From the human T2T-CHM13v2.0 reference genome, Homo sapiens: DNA of 64,000 nt. Below are positions 32,859 to 46,985 of the stretch, in pieces. Under the pieces are notes generated by a model, which was given only the letters and a program-made list of their open reading frames with translations, made no database searches and was not told the origin of the DNA. The stretch is from NCBI RefSeq assembly GCF_009914755.1, contig NC_060933.1. One strand, given 5' to 3'. A program made the position numbers and the translations under genes. Position 1 is the stretch's first letter, and every line of letters starts with the position of its first letter.

Positions 32859-33048
32859 TCCTTTATACAGTATATAGCTTGAAAGCCCATTTTATAAACT
32901 TACATTTGTAAATCATAGATCTTCAACTGTAATGGATTCCACCAGGCCCCAAGATGTTGGGGTAGGGTGGAGAGCTTAGCTGGGAAGACAGGGAGGTGGA
33001 GCTCATCCTCTGCCTCCATGCTTCAGCCTGAACAGAGCTGATTTCATG

Positions 33049-33270
33049 GTTTTTTTGTTTTGTTTTTGTTTGTTTTTCTTGAGAAAGGGTATCACCCTGT
33101 TGCTCAGGCTTGAGTACAGTGACATGATCATGGCTCACAGCAGCCTCAACCTCCCGGGCTCAAGCCATCCTCCCATCTCTGCCTGCTGAATAGCTGGGAC
33201 TATAAGTGTGTACCACCCAGCCCACATAATTTTTATCTTTTGTAGAGACTCACTATGTTGTCCAGGCTTG
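33049..33270 (-). mobile_element. AluJ, 5'-truncated
   Basis: gctcacagcagcctcaacctcccgggctcaagccatcctccc carries AluJ markers. tgatttcatg lies on both sides. Confidence 0.85.
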
Positions 33271-33797
33271 TGATTTCATGTTCCTTATATTGAGGTTTGG
33301 TGTAATGTTTAGTTTTAATTTAGACTCCTGACTAAAACAAAATACAAAGAATCAGTGTATTATTGGTGTTTCCTTGAGTTTGTTAATCAGTATTATATGA
33401 AAAAAAAGTTTCCAAGGGAATATACTGAGTCAAACAAATTAATCTCTTTACCACAGGAACTCTTAGAGCCTTTCATACGTAAATGTGCACCATGGATCAA
33501 GAACAGGCTGTACCGCTCTCCAAATGTATTTGATTGCTGAACCCATCAAGAAGGTGCATGGCTGACACTAGCATTCCCCATAAATGCTCCTCTTAGAAGA
33601 AAGACACTTTCAAGATAAAACTTTGGGAGTCCATTGAAGAAAAACATGAATGTACATCAGGTGGTAATTGTCAGCGGAAGATTTTTCTTAAAGAAAAAGG
33701 GCTGAAAGTAAAACTCTATTTTAATATTAAAATGACTTGAATTTTTCCCCTTTCAGAGATTTTATAATGTGCTAAGAGTGATCACAGCCAGCTTTAC

Positions 33798-33820
33798 TAT
33801 GTATGTATGTATGTATGTAT
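33798..33820 (+). repeat. (TATG)n short STR
   Basis: tatgtatgtatgtatgtatgtat. Confidence 0.85.
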
Positions 33821-34007
33821 TATAACACTTCACAGGAAAGACTGATGACACAAAGTTTACAGGCATACATTCTGGGCAGTGAAGAACAAAGGCAATGGTA
33901 AAGGTAAAGACAAACCAAGAAATCAAAAACAAAACAAATAATATACTTATTTTTAATCAGATATATAAGAGCAGTGTGAGTTTTATGGTTGAATAAATCC
34001 ACAAATC

Positions 34008-34341
34008 AGGTGTCCACAAATGTTTTCTCTCAATGGCCAGCTAGGAAATATTTAAGCTTTACAGGCCATACAATCTCTGTTGCAACTATTCCACTATGGC
34101 ACTGCAGCAGAATGCAGCCATAGGTAATATGTATAGGAATGAGTGTGGCCATGTTTCAATAAAATTTTCTTTGAGGATACTAAAATTTACATTTCATGTC
34201 ATTTTCATGTGTTATTAAATATTATTCTCCTTTTGATTTTTTTTCAATCATTAAAAAAATTTTAAATACCATCCCAGTTTGTGGGCTCTAAAAAAACAGC
34301 AGGCTAGATTTTGCCTATGGGCCTTAGTTAGCCAAAGCTTG
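34008..34341 (-). mobile_element. MER58B-like element, opposite orientation to the 30.6 kb copy
   Basis: gcagccatagg...gaatgagtgtggccatgtttcaataaaattt...caggctagattttgcctatgggccttagttagcca. Confidence 0.75.
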
Positions 34342-34421
34342 AACTAAACATTTGGCTTTAATTCTTTCCCTGGTTTATCATGTTTAGGTTTAGAACAAAT
34401 ATGTTTTGAAAACATTTTACA

Positions 34422-34630
34422 GCCTTGGAATGATATCATAAATAGCAATACTATGTTTTGTTTTGTTTTGTTTTTACTTCATCTTTTTAAGGGAGAGATA
34501 TGACAGAAATGGAAAACATCAGTACTTTCACTTTATAGCTTTGGAATATCATAAATAGCAATACTATGTTTTGTTTTGTTTTTTGACTTCATCTTTTTAA
34601 AAAAGAGGTAACAGGAATGGAAAACATTAT
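34422..34630 (+). repeat. Imperfect tandem duplication, unit about 110 bp
   Basis: atatcataaatagcaatactatgttttgttttg...acttcatctttttaa...atggaaaacat occurs twice. Confidence 0.9.
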
Positions 34631-35271
34631 TTATTTAGCATATTAGGAGGTGGTGATATTCTCAACAGATTGTTACAAAGATCCCAAATTTTCAAATTCT
34701 GACCAGGCAGCTAAGACATGGCCCTTAAACTCCAGTAGGTCTATAATTACTTCTTGTATAAATAAATGACATCATCCATTGACTTTTAAAAAGTCAAGAA
34801 TAACCTACATATTTTTTCCTGGTACAACAAACATATAATAGGATCTGCTTACCACATCAGAGCTTGGTGCAGATTTATATTTACTTTGAAAATTTAAGTC
34901 TAAAATCTTACATTGTGATAATTTTTATCTTTTCTTTAAATGCTTTGTTTTCTGCCTCCATGTATCAAAGCAAAGTCATTTTAGTTGAGGTATGAGATGC
35001 TTTCTCCAAACCACTGTCTCAAAACTCCTTATTTCTTAAAACATGCAGAAATGAGTAATTATAGTCTTTGTTGGAGAAAAATGCCTCCAACTCATTTGAC
35101 ATTAATAAACAAGGTCTGCCTCAAGCTGCCAGTATCCCCAGAATGAGAAGACTGAAAGGGATGGGAAAAGGAGATTTGTTGGAAAAGGAGCAATAGTTGT
35201 AGGAATGGAATATAAATCACAGTTTAATATATCAGAATGTCTAGGCATTCCAAAAAATCTTAGTAGAAGGA

Positions 35272-35460
35272 GAACAGTTTGGAAGTTTCTTTAAGAATTA
35301 AATATATATTTATCATACAACCCAGCATCTCCATTCCTGGGTATCTGCTTAAGAGTAATGAAAACATACGCCCACACAAAGACTTGCATTCAAATATTTA
35401 CAGCAGCATAATTTATAGGAGCCAAAAAGGAGAAACAATCCAAGTGCTGACCAACTGCTC
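35272..35460 (+). mobile_element. Old L1 (L1M) ORF2-end fragment
   Basis: cagtttggaagtttctt...acccagcatctccattcctgggtat...ccacacaaagacttg...cagcagcataattt. Confidence 0.7.
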
Positions 35461-35554
35461 TAGACACACTAACTATAGCTATCAAATTATACAGTTTTTT
35501 CTCTATGATGGCTCCATTCATCATTTTCAAATTTTATCATATTCTGTCACTTCC

Positions 35555-36110
35555 CTTTTAAATCTTTGACGGCTCCTGAGTACTGGAAGGCTAAAGGCCA
35601 AACTGTTGGACATGATACACTATCAAACCTCCTTTATAGGCATTATTATCTTCCACTTTCATGCACCCTGCATTCCAACCACATGGGACTAACAACATAT
35701 TCCTGAATATTCCATGTATTCTTATAATTCCATATCTCTACTTCTGTCAATTTCTCTGCCTGTAACCCCCTTCCCCATCCTGTTGACCTGGAAACTCATC
35801 TTTCAAGGTCAAATGAAATAGTCTCTCTTCTTTGATGCTTCCCTGAGTCCTTACACTTTTCCAGGTAAATTCTGCTATCATTTTGCACCTGAAGCCTCTT
35901 CACTACTGTCATGATTCTATCATTTTTTTGTTTATTTACTTCACTGAGGATATCTGTTCACTCTGCCTCACCAAAAAACAAAAAAAAAAAAAAAAAAAAA
36001 AAAAAACAACAACCCAAAACTGTAAGGTCCAAGAGGGCAGGGAAAATGTTCTACTAGTGTTTAACATAAACACTGACAGAAAGTAATAGTTCATAAATTT
36101 GTTAAATGAT
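35555..36110 (+). mobile_element. L2 3' fragment with embedded poly(A)
   Basis: actcatctttcaaggtcaaat...tgtaaggtccaagagggcaggga...taaatttgttaaatgatgaat. Confidence 0.55.
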
Positions 36111-37769
36111 GAATATCCCTCAACACTACTGCCATTTGCACTAGAAATCAAATTTTTAAAAATTTACTTCTTAATGTATGTTAATAAGGCACTGAATGGC
36201 GCTTATATATGGAGGAGATGTTGAAGAGTGTGCATTGCAAAACATGCAAATAAGCCAACTGTGAAAACAGTCCTTTTCATGGTGCTTCTGTATGCTTGTA
36301 ACAGGCATTCCTGGTAGCCCTATCACCAAAAGCCTGCAAAGTTAAGTTAGACTTGGGGGCTCTGCTTTGCAATTCATTGCTGATCAGGATTACAAGTTTA
36401 ATTTTAGGATCCATTGGATGGATTACAGAGCTGCCTAAACTTCCCTTATGTTGTGGCTTAAGAGAGTCCTTCCAGAAGAAACCAGGATTTAATAAGATTA
36501 TCTTTGAACTTGTCTTAACTAAATGTATTATTGGATTACTACTAATGAACACACTAAATTTTTTAGACCATGGTTAGGAAATTAGCTAATTTAGGAGGCA
36601 GATTCACTTAAGCATAAAATAAAATTGAATGAAATCTCCAGAGAACTCAGTTCCACTTTTGTGAGAAATTGAAAATTTTCTTTGCTGGTGGTTTTAATTG
36701 TGTAAGGCACTTGCTCATTTACTGCTTTAAAGAGTTTTCTAGGACCATTCTGTTTGTGCTTAATGCCAGGATGAACAGACAGTTCAGGGCAGAACAAAGG
36801 CAGGAAGTTAATATCACTGAGTAGCACAGAGACCCTCAAAGTTACTTACAATCCATGGCAATGTCTGCCCCTGGTCGGCTCACAGCATGGGAGGACAGAA
36901 GCACATGGCATAGCTAAAGATGGATCAGAAGTTAATGGCCTAGAACCCGCAGAGTTCCATGAAAAAAGATTTAGTATATGTCTATTGTGAAAGCTAAGCA
37001 TTTGATGGCTTAAGTGAGAATCTACTCCTTGACTGTAACTGAAGTATGAAGTTGCTGACAGAATTTTGCTCTCAACTAAGGGATCTATAAAAATTCTTTG
37101 TTGTTTATGAACAGATGTGAGTTTATTAAAAGCAAGAGAATTGGTTCAAACAATTACATTGTAAATAGGCTTCTAACTAATGGGAATACTAATTATTCTT
37201 ATTTGTGCATATATTAGAATGAATTGATCTCACAGGTCCCTGTCAAACAGATAAAATGCATTAAAAGATCTTTACACTTATTTCTCTCTCATAGATGTCT
37301 AGTTCATGGTGAGAGGCAAAGGAATCAAAGATTGTAAGTCACTTTCACATTGCAATTGCCTAACGGAGAAAATATTATACTTTAATCTACACAAAATAAT
37401 AAAGTATAGCTATTTGTGTAAAATGTTATGAATTTTACTTTGGGCCTTTGTGTTTACATGCCAGTACATATGTCCACAATAGCTTTTAGACACACACAGG
37501 AAATGAAAGGTACATAATTAGTTAATTGTTCTATAGGGCTAAATGGAAAGTGAAATGCCATGCAAAGAGCACATTTGCACTGAACTCAATATTCTTCCTG
37601 ACATATTCATATCTAGCTAGATCCTCTTCCCTGTAAATTCTTTTAGAGAAGGGATGAACTTCTATCTTACTCATCATTCTGTATCTTAACAGCACTAGGC
37701 ACATAACTAGGTGCTCAACACAGGTTCATGGCATTGAATTGAATACAACCATAATAGAATCATCCCTAG

Positions 37770-38191
<422 letters not shown>

Positions 38192-39209
38192 CAGTGGCCC
38201 TTTCTTAAAACATTCTCTCTCCTATAAACTCTAGACAGTGTAACAGGGTTCATGGTCATATTTAGCAAAGACATGCCATGCAACAGTCAGCTTGTTACAC
38301 TTTTGCAGGCACTAAAGTATGTGTGTGTCAGACAGAGGTTGGGGGAAAAGGAATGAAGGGATGTTTAGTGTTTGGCTTCCATAATAAAGTCAACGGCTAA
38401 GCATAGCAGTCCTCTGCCCAGACACTTTCATCACTTCTCTGTGAAGCCAGAATTTCTGTCCATGGTATTTAGTGCAGTACTGTGCTTATAATGTGCACAA
38501 TAAAAATGTGTGCTGATTAAAGCCATTTCATAAAATGCTGGGCCCAGGAGAAATGGAAAAACTTTGCCATCTACAGGTTTAAAGCCATAGTTTTTAAGTC
38601 TGGATTGAAATCCAGCTGTCCTGATGAAGTCTGATGCTCTGAGACAGACCATTCTGCTCTGGGGAAAGTGAGGTAATCCACCGGGGAACCAACCAAACAA
38701 ACAAACCTGGTATCTTGGGCATGAAGCTTAAACAACAGTGTATCCTGCCCACAGCATCCCCTCCACAGCCCTTCTGCTGAGCTGTCCTTAACAGTGACCT
38801 GGAAGACTGGAAGAATTAGAGATCCTCTTCCAGGACTCAACTCACTACCTTGGAGTGACTGGGGCCTGGAAAAGACCGAATCACTGTTTCCATCCAAATA
38901 TCTCCTTGCCAAGCTGCAAATCAATTTACTTGAATCACAAACTGCCAGGATTATCCATAAATAATTTTTTCCAATAATAAGATGGCTTTGCTTTACTGAT
39001 TTTCATCAGGTATTAAAGCAAGATTTGATTAAAGGCAAACAAGAAAAGGGACGTGGTTATTTAAATTTTAATTTATGGCAGTCTGGGTCTTGCTCTAACT
39101 TTCCCTATCCACACAATCCCAGTGTATCCTGCACATAGAATTTTGGGAAGTGAAGCAGGCATACAGTTTGTCTGTTTATTCCTCTTTATCTCAGATATAC
39201 AGACTCAAA

Positions 39210-39440
39210 AACAACAATGACAACGCACTCTCATGTAGCACTCATTACATGTCCAGCGCTCTCTATATATTAATTCATTTAATCATAACAATAGCATAAA
39301 AACATACTGTATTAGGTAGATATATTTTTATAACCATTTTTAGATGAGTAAATTAAAGCATGGTATGATTAAATAACTTGCCCAAGGTAACATCATAAAC
39401 AGCAGTGTCAAGATTTGAACCTAGACAATCTAGCTGCTAA
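39210..39440 (-). mobile_element. MIR
   Basis: tcatttaatc...ccatttttagatgagtaaatt...taacttgcccaaggtaaca...gatttgaacctagaca. Confidence 0.75.
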
Positions 39441-39574
39441 AGTTTTTCATTATCTATGAAATTTGCCAAGGAATCTCACCAAGAGTGAATTTAATTTTCC
39501 ATTATAGACATTGCATCCTTCATTTGGCTATCTGATATGACCATTCTCTTTTGGTCCTTCTTATAGAAACTCAT

Positions 39575-39990
39575 GCCTCATTCATCCAACACACATAACA
39601 CATTTATTGACTACCTATTATGCACAAGTCACCATGCCTAAATCACTTTCACATGGTGATTGCCTAAAGAGCAAAAATATTATACTTTCATTTACGTAAA
39701 ATAATAAAGCATAGCGATTTTTTTGGTAGAATGTTATGAATTTTACTTCGGGCCTTTGTGTTTACAGATCAGTACATATGTCCACAATGGTTTACCCATC
39801 TTGTTGGGGATACAAAATAGATAAGGCCAAAGTTACAGTCTACTGGGAAAAGTAGGTCCACATTCCAATGAATGCTACATAATCTGTTCAAAGTCCTATA
39901 TAATTTAGGAGCACAAAAGACTGGATGACTAAGTGCTTACCAGGCAAGGAAACTTACACAATGAATGCTAATTTAACCAAGTCTAAAGGA
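39575..39990 (-). mobile_element. L2 3' end interrupted by a locally copied ~145-bp insert
   Basis: cattcatccaac...catttattgactacctattatg...[insert]...tgttggggatacaaa. Confidence 0.55.
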
Positions 39991-41296
39991 ATGAGAAACA
40001 TATCAACCGGTGGTTTCATGGCTGTGTAACGATTGTGCTCAAAATTTTCTAGTGAGAAAAGGCTGCATTTCCATTTCTTTGCAGTGGATCTATTTAGAAT
40101 TACCAAACGTTAAAAGAAGGTTGTGTGTGTGTGTTGGGGGTGGGGGTTGGGAGATGAGGGAAGGGCTTTTTTTCCATGGATGTCAATTGCCATTAAAAAC
40201 TTTCTAAAAATTTTAGTACATACATCACAGATTTGACAAGAAACAGCACCCATCAGTGTATGCTTTAATCTTTTAAATAGTACACATATTCCTGAACCTC
40301 TTAATGGTCAACTGTAGTAAGTTTTGGTGACAGTCTGTACTTTCTAAACCTGTATCTCAAGTTTTTAAGTGATAAAATCAACTAGCCTAGTCATTTAAAG
40401 ATATTTAGATCATTGACAGGAAAAAGTAGTTGCCATGCATAAGCCAATAAAATTGTCCTGAACTCAGAAAACAGAAACTGTTGTCATTTGCTGCTAACTT
40501 GGGTTAACTAAAAATTGCACACTCTCCTACAGTTAACTTTCTACCGCACTTCTTGACACAAGTATTTAAGCATGTGCTACAGAATATCACAGACATTTTT
40601 CCAGAGTTTCAGGAACTGTTTTAGATACTGACATGGTATGAACAACATTAATCTGGGCGTTCAGAACCAGGGCCAATCAGGGTGAACCTGGGCAAATCAG
40701 ATTGCCCAACAGGGATTATAAAAGAGGATCAACAGAACATATGGGACAACGCATTCAAGTCAGGGGGTCATAGAATGTGTTTACAAGTGGCCTTGAAGGG
40801 TCTGGAAACTGTCTGATAGTGTGTACAAAATTGTGTATGTGTGTTCAAAGCTACATTTTTCTGGGGAGATTTTTATTGTAATTTCAAAATGGATTATATT
40901 CCCCTTCCATGCCCCCCAATCCTCACCAAGAGGTTTAAAACCACCAGATTGAGTTTTCACTAGTGAGAAAGAAGTTGATATCAGGTCCCCATTGTTTTAT
41001 AATTCATTGTTTATTGTATCTATTTCTGCCTGGTGAACTGTATAATAAAATGTTCCCTTAAAAATTACATGTTTAAAGCCCCTCTAGTGCTAGTTTCTAA
41101 ATAACTGGACTCAAAAGAGTCAATTGTAGTTTATCCCATATTTGACACTAGCAACTCTCTCCAAAGGTGATATCTAGACTATTAGATTTTACAAAATCCT
41201 GCCATAGGGGCATTAGAATAGTTAGTAGATGTCATTACTTTTCTGGTCACTGAATTTAGTATTAATAAATAGTACTCTTTAATTTTGAAAAGTCTG

Positions 41297-41299
<3 letters not shown>

Positions 41300-41329
<30 letters not shown>
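41300..41329 (+). repeat. (ATT)n STR
   Basis: tattattattattattattattattattat. Confidence 0.92.
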
Positions 41330-42294
41330 GATCTGCTTACCAGTTGACCTAAATAGGTGAGTTAGGGAAGAAAAGCTAATTCCAGACCATGTACTTCCAA
41401 TAGCCTTTATTAACCAATTTAAGGGCCAACTGAAATTTTCTTAGTTCTTATCCTATTTTGAGATTTTGCTTATACCTTCAGACATTCAGGACCTTCATGG
41501 GAAGCAGTACAACTTAGAAAAAAAAAGACTATGTGTAAATCTTCGTCTCAGATAGACCCCAGTTCTAATCCCAGCTCCACTCCTTACAAGCTATGTTCCT
41601 TTGAACACATTACTTAAGTCATTGTCTCCTTCTAGAATGGATTTAATAACATAGCACAGATTTTGAAGAGCAAATGAGAGAATATGTGCACCTGACAGAT
41701 ACAAAGTCTACACACGAAAATACCTGACCACCCTCCAAAGAGCGCTCCCAAGGAAAAAGCTGACCAACTTATTGACACCATCCCCTGCCCATCCAACAGC
41801 CTCCTGGGCTCCCACAGCACTCACTTTGCTTTAACACTAATCTTATTCCATCTTGTATGCAAATCAGTTGTTTTCATGACTCTTTCTTTTGGGGCCCCTC
41901 ACATATGCCTTAATTCCAAGGTAGTACAATGTGAGACGGGCCAATCAAGAGCATTACTGGGATCACTGGTAGCTGTGTGAATGAGCTAGTGAAAATGACT
42001 CATGCAGAAAGAGTAAGAGCTCCAAAAACCAACTAAAACCACCATGTCTGAGGGAGTTCTTCACCCATTGCTTTAGGTACTAGATTAGGTTTCTGTAAAT
42101 TATGGCCTTGGGCCAAATCCTGACTCTTCCCTGTTCTGTTCTACTCTCAATGCAGTTGCTCTTGTTCATTAGGTATTACCTACAAACCCCATGCCAAAAA
42201 CATTTGCAATCTGGACATTTACTGGAAAAGTTTGCCGACCCTCATCCTACAGCCGAACTGTGCAGTAAAATATAGTGTAATTTTACATTTTAAA

Positions 42295-42578
42295 TGTTAT
42301 GAAATATATGCATCACATAAATACATATAAGTTTAAATTTCTAGGAGCCAAATAAAAAATAATTTTAATATTTTAATCTAATATATCTAAAAGCATTAAA
42401 AGTTACTATTGAGCAATTTTATGTTTTTTAAAAAAAATAATTCTTTTTAATTTTACATTCCATTTTAAGTCATGAGAAATCTGGTGTGTTTTTGGCACTT
42501 ATCACGTATGTCTTTTGGGACCATCCACAGTTGCAATGCCCTGTAGCTAATAGTGGCTCATTGCTGGCATATTGCATG
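42295..42578 (+). mobile_element. MER33-like hAT-Charlie element
   Basis: aaatttctaggagcca...ttttacattc...gaaatctggtgtgtttttggcactta...ccacagttgcaatgc. Confidence 0.55.
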
Positions 42579-45500
42579 GGGCCTGTTCAGAGGTCCACAT
42601 GTGGCTGCAGCATTTTGAGGAGAGAAGTGGTAATAAGATCAAGTCTTGGCCAGGTCACGGGACTAAACACAGGCCAATTACCTCTGGGAACCCCATCTGG
42701 CAATGGCTAATTCCAGAGCCTATGTGAGACAAACTGGGGAATAAAAACCAGGTAAGATAAAGAGTAGGAAATTTAGAACATACTTGAGGGAGGTGGATGA
42801 AGGGAAATGTCTGCCTCAGAAGAAGCAGCTACCCAGAGCTGCAATGAGTGAATGTGTGTGCCCAGTCGTTTGAAATTTAATAAGATAAATATCAATTTCC
42901 CTACCACTAAGATGTGGGTTCTTACATTTTTTTATCTGCCCTTAAAGAATCACTAGCTCTTGAAAAGCAAGAATTATGTTTAATTCATCTTCATATGTGA
43001 TCAAGATACCTCCCACAGGTTTTGCCTTTAGGATGTGCTTTCAATATATTAGTTGAAGCTGATATTGAGCAGTACACTGCTGATAAATAGATAATGAACA
43101 AATGACTGACTGAATGAATGACTAAAAATATAATAATAAATCCGTTTTTTCTATGGCTGATAACAGTTTCAATCTCCTCAGAATGCCTGGGGTTGAATAA
43201 GGATCTGAGTCCAAAAGTTAAAGAAATAAAGTTCTACTGACAAACACCAAACGTTCTTGTCACAGAAGAGTGATCATCACAGAAGAGGTGGTCCTTTGTT
43301 CATTTGGTAGTTTGTTTTTTGGGAAGGGGGAGTAAGGGCACTGAGCCTGACCATGCGTCATTCATATGTGTTCTTTCTGATGATTGAGATAGGCAATTTT
43401 AATAAATGAACACAGAAGTGCTTGTAGGGTTGAGGAGGTGGAACAAGATGGCCAAATAGAAGCCTGCACTAATTGTCCTCCCTGCAGGAATACCAAATTT
43501 AACATCTACACAAAAAAGCACCCTTCTAAGAACCAATGATCAAGTGAGCAATCACATTAAGTGGTTTTAACTTCATATCACTGAAAGAGGGACTGAAGAG
43601 GGTGGATAAGATAGTCTTGAATTGACAACACCATCACTCCCCCATCCCCCAGCAGCAGCCATACGGTGTGGAAAGAGAATCTGTGTGCTTGGGGAAGGCA
43701 GAGCACAGTGATTGTGGGTTTTGCATTGGAACTCGGTGCTACCAACACCAGGCAGGACTCAGCTGATACCCACAGAGGGAACATTTAGACCAGCCCTAGC
43801 CAGAGAGGAATTGCCCATGGCAGAGATTGGAACTTGAGTTTCAGCAAGCCTCACCACCATGGGATAAAGTGCTCTGGGGCTCCAAATAAACTTGAAAGGC
43901 AGACTAGGCCACAAAGGCTGCAACTTCTTGGCAAGACCTAGTGCTGAACTGGGCTCAGAGCCAGTGGACTTGGGGGCTAGGGGCTGGGGGTGGTGGGCAT
44001 GTGACCTACTGAGACATCAGCCAGGGTAGCTAAGGGAATGCTTGTTCCACTCCTCCCCCCAAACCCAGGCAGCATAGCTCATAGCTCCAAAAGAGTCCCC
44101 TTCCTTCCTCTTGAGGGAAGGGTAAGAGGACTTTGTCTTGAAACTTGGATACTGGCTCAGCTACAGAAGGACAGGGCACCAGTCAGAGTCATGAGGCCCC
44201 TGTTCCAGGTCCTAGCTTCTGGGCATTTCTAGACACATCCTCAGCCAGAACCCACTGACTTAAAGGGAAGGACCCATTCCTGGCAGGATCCATCATCTGC
44301 TGACATAAAAGCCTTGAGGCCCTGAATAACCAGCAGCAATAGTCAGGTAGTACATGTCATGGGCCTTCGGTGAGACTCTGAGATGTGTTGGCTTTAGGTG
44401 TGACCAAGTGTATTTACAACTGTGGTAGCTACCAGGAGAGACTTCTGCTACAGAAAAGGACAGGGAAAAATAAAAGAGACTTGTTTTTCGGCTTAGGTAA
44501 TAGCTCAGTCACAGTGAGGCAGAGCATCAAGCAGGCTCTTGGGGTCCCCAATTCCAGGCCTTGGCTCTTGGACAGCAATTCTGGACCTATCCTGGGCCAG
44601 AGGGGAGCCCACTTCCCTGAAAGGTGAGTCCCTGCCCTGGCAGCATTCACTACAATCTGACTGAAGAATCCTTGGGGGATACCCTGGCACACTCCCTGTA
44701 GGCCTGTGGTGGTGTTGGACATGGGGAGAGACTCCTCTGTCTATAGAAAGGAGAAGAAAGAATGGGAAAGATTTTGTCTTGTGGTTTCAGTGCTAGCTTT
44801 GCTACAATATATTGGAGGAGCAGGTAGATTTCTAAGGTTTCTGACTCTAGGCCCAGACTCCTGCACAGCCTCTCTGGACCTGTCTGGGACTCAGGAGGAA
44901 CTTGCCACCCTAAAGGGAAGAACACAAATCTGACTGGCTTCACCACCTGCTAATTGCAGAGTCCTAGGGCTTTAAGTAAACATAGGCAATAGCCCAGTAG
45001 TGGCTACAGCAGGCCTTAGGCAAGACCCAGTGCTGTGGTGGCTTCAGGTCTGACCTAGTGTAGTACCAGTGGTGGTGGGGCCACAGGAATGCTTGTGTCA
45101 CCCCTCCTCCAGCTCCAGGCAGCTCAGCACATAGTGAGAAATTCCATTTGTTTGAGAGAAAGTAAGGGAAGAAAACAAGAATCTGCATCTGGTAATCCAG
45201 AGAATTCTTCCAGATCTTACCTAAGACCATCAAGACAGTATCTCTACAAATCTGCAAGAACCACAGCATTACTGGGTTTGGGGTGCCCCCTAATGCAGAT
45301 ATAGCTAAAGTGACCACTGGATCGCAACACCCAAGTCTCTTTAAATACCTGGAAAGCCTTCCCAAGGACAGGTACAAACAAGCTCATACTGCAAAAACTA
45401 CAACAAGTATCTAATTTTTCAATGCCCAGACACTTATGAACATCCATAAGCATTAAAACTATCTAGGAAAATATGACCTCACCAAACAAACTAAATAAGG

Positions 45501-45695
45501 GACCAAGGGCCCATCCTGGAGAGAAAGAAATATGAGACCTTTCAGAGAATTCAGAATAGCTGATTTCAGGAAATTCAAAGAAATTTAAGATAACACAGAG
45601 AAGGAATTCAGAATCCTATCAGATATATGTAACAAGAAAATTGAAGTAATTAAAAAGAATTAAGCAGAAAATCTGGAGTTGAAAAATGCAACTGG

Positions 45696-45742
45696 AGACA
45701 GAGCAAGACCCTGTCTCTAAAAGAAAAAAAAAAGAAAGAAAA
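45696..45742 (+). mobile_element. Extremely 5'-truncated Alu (about 23 nt plus A tail)
   Basis: agacagagcaagaccctgtctct plus an A-rich tail, between perfect gaaaaatgcaactgg repeats (45681-45695 and 45743-45757). Confidence 0.85.
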
Positions 45743-46610
45743 GAAAAATGCAACTGGCATACTGAAGAATGCATCAGAGTCTCTTAACAGCAAAATTGAT
45801 TCAGCAGAAAGAAAAAATTAGTGCGCTTAAAGACAGGTATCTGAAAATACAAAGTCAGAGGAGACAAAAGAAAAAAGAATAAAGCATGCCTGTAAGATCT
45901 AGAAAATAGCCTCAAAAGAACCAATCTAAGAGTTATTGGCCTTAAAGAGGAGGTAGAGAGATAGGGGTAGAATGTTTATGTAAAGGGATAACAACAGAGA
46001 ATGTCCCAAACCTATAGAAGGCTACCAATATTTAATATTGATACACTCTATACAAGAGTGTTACAGAACACTAAGCAGATTTAACCCAAAAAAACACTAT
46101 CTTATGGTATTTAATAATCAAACTCCCAAAAGTCAAGAATGAAAAAGAATCCTAAAAGCAGCAAGAGAAAAGAAACAAATAACATACAATAGAGCTCCAA
46201 TATGTCTTGTCTCTCAGCAGACTTTTCAGTGGAAAGCTTACAGACCAGGCAAGAGTGGCATGACGTAAAGTGGTGAAGAAAAAAAAAGAACTTTTACCCT
46301 AGAATAGTATATCTAGTAAATATATCCTTCAAACATGAAGGAAAAATAAAGACTTTTCCAGACAAACAAAAGCTAATGGATTCCATCAAAACCAGAGCTG
46401 TCCTACAAGAAATACTAAAGAAAGTAGTTCAATCAGAAAGAAAAGGACACTAATGAGCAATAAGAAATCATCTGAATGTACAAAACTCACTGCTAATAAG
46501 TACACACAAAACACAGAATAGTGTAACTCTATAATTGTGGTGTATAAACTACTCATATCTTAAGTAAAAAGATGAAAAGATAAACAAATAAAAAGTAACT
46601 ATAACTTTTC

Positions 46611-46894
46611 TTTTTTGAGATGGAGTCTTGCTGTCACCCAAGTTGGAATGCAGTGGCACCATCTCAGCTCACTGCAACCCCGCCTCCTGGGTTCAAATGA
46701 TTCTCCTGCCTCAGCCTCCCTAGTAGCTGGGATTACAGGCACCCACCACCATGACCCACTGATTTTTGTATTTTTAGTAGAGATGGGGTTTCACCATGTC
46801 AGCCAGGCTGCTCTCAAACTCCTTACCTCAGATTATCCACCCGCTTCAGCCTCCCAAAGTGCTGGATTACAGGCATGAGTTACCGCACCCAGCC
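46611..46894 (-). mobile_element. AluS (Sx-like) nested in L1
   Basis: Reverse-complement Alu dimer, with acttttc on both sides. Confidence 0.92.
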
Positions 46895-46945
46895 TACTTT
46901 TCAAGACATAGACAGTACAATAAGATATGAATAGAAACAACAAAA

Positions 46946-46985
<40 letters not shown>

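Noticed and set aside
38431-38924. Overlapping 89- and 117-aa ORFs in unique sequence
   Set aside because: Non-ATG starts, no recognisable domain and no convincing splice boundaries.
43578-45453. Cluster of 60-137-aa ORFs
   Set aside because: They lie in the GC-richer 5'UTR of the old L1, where stop codons are sparse.
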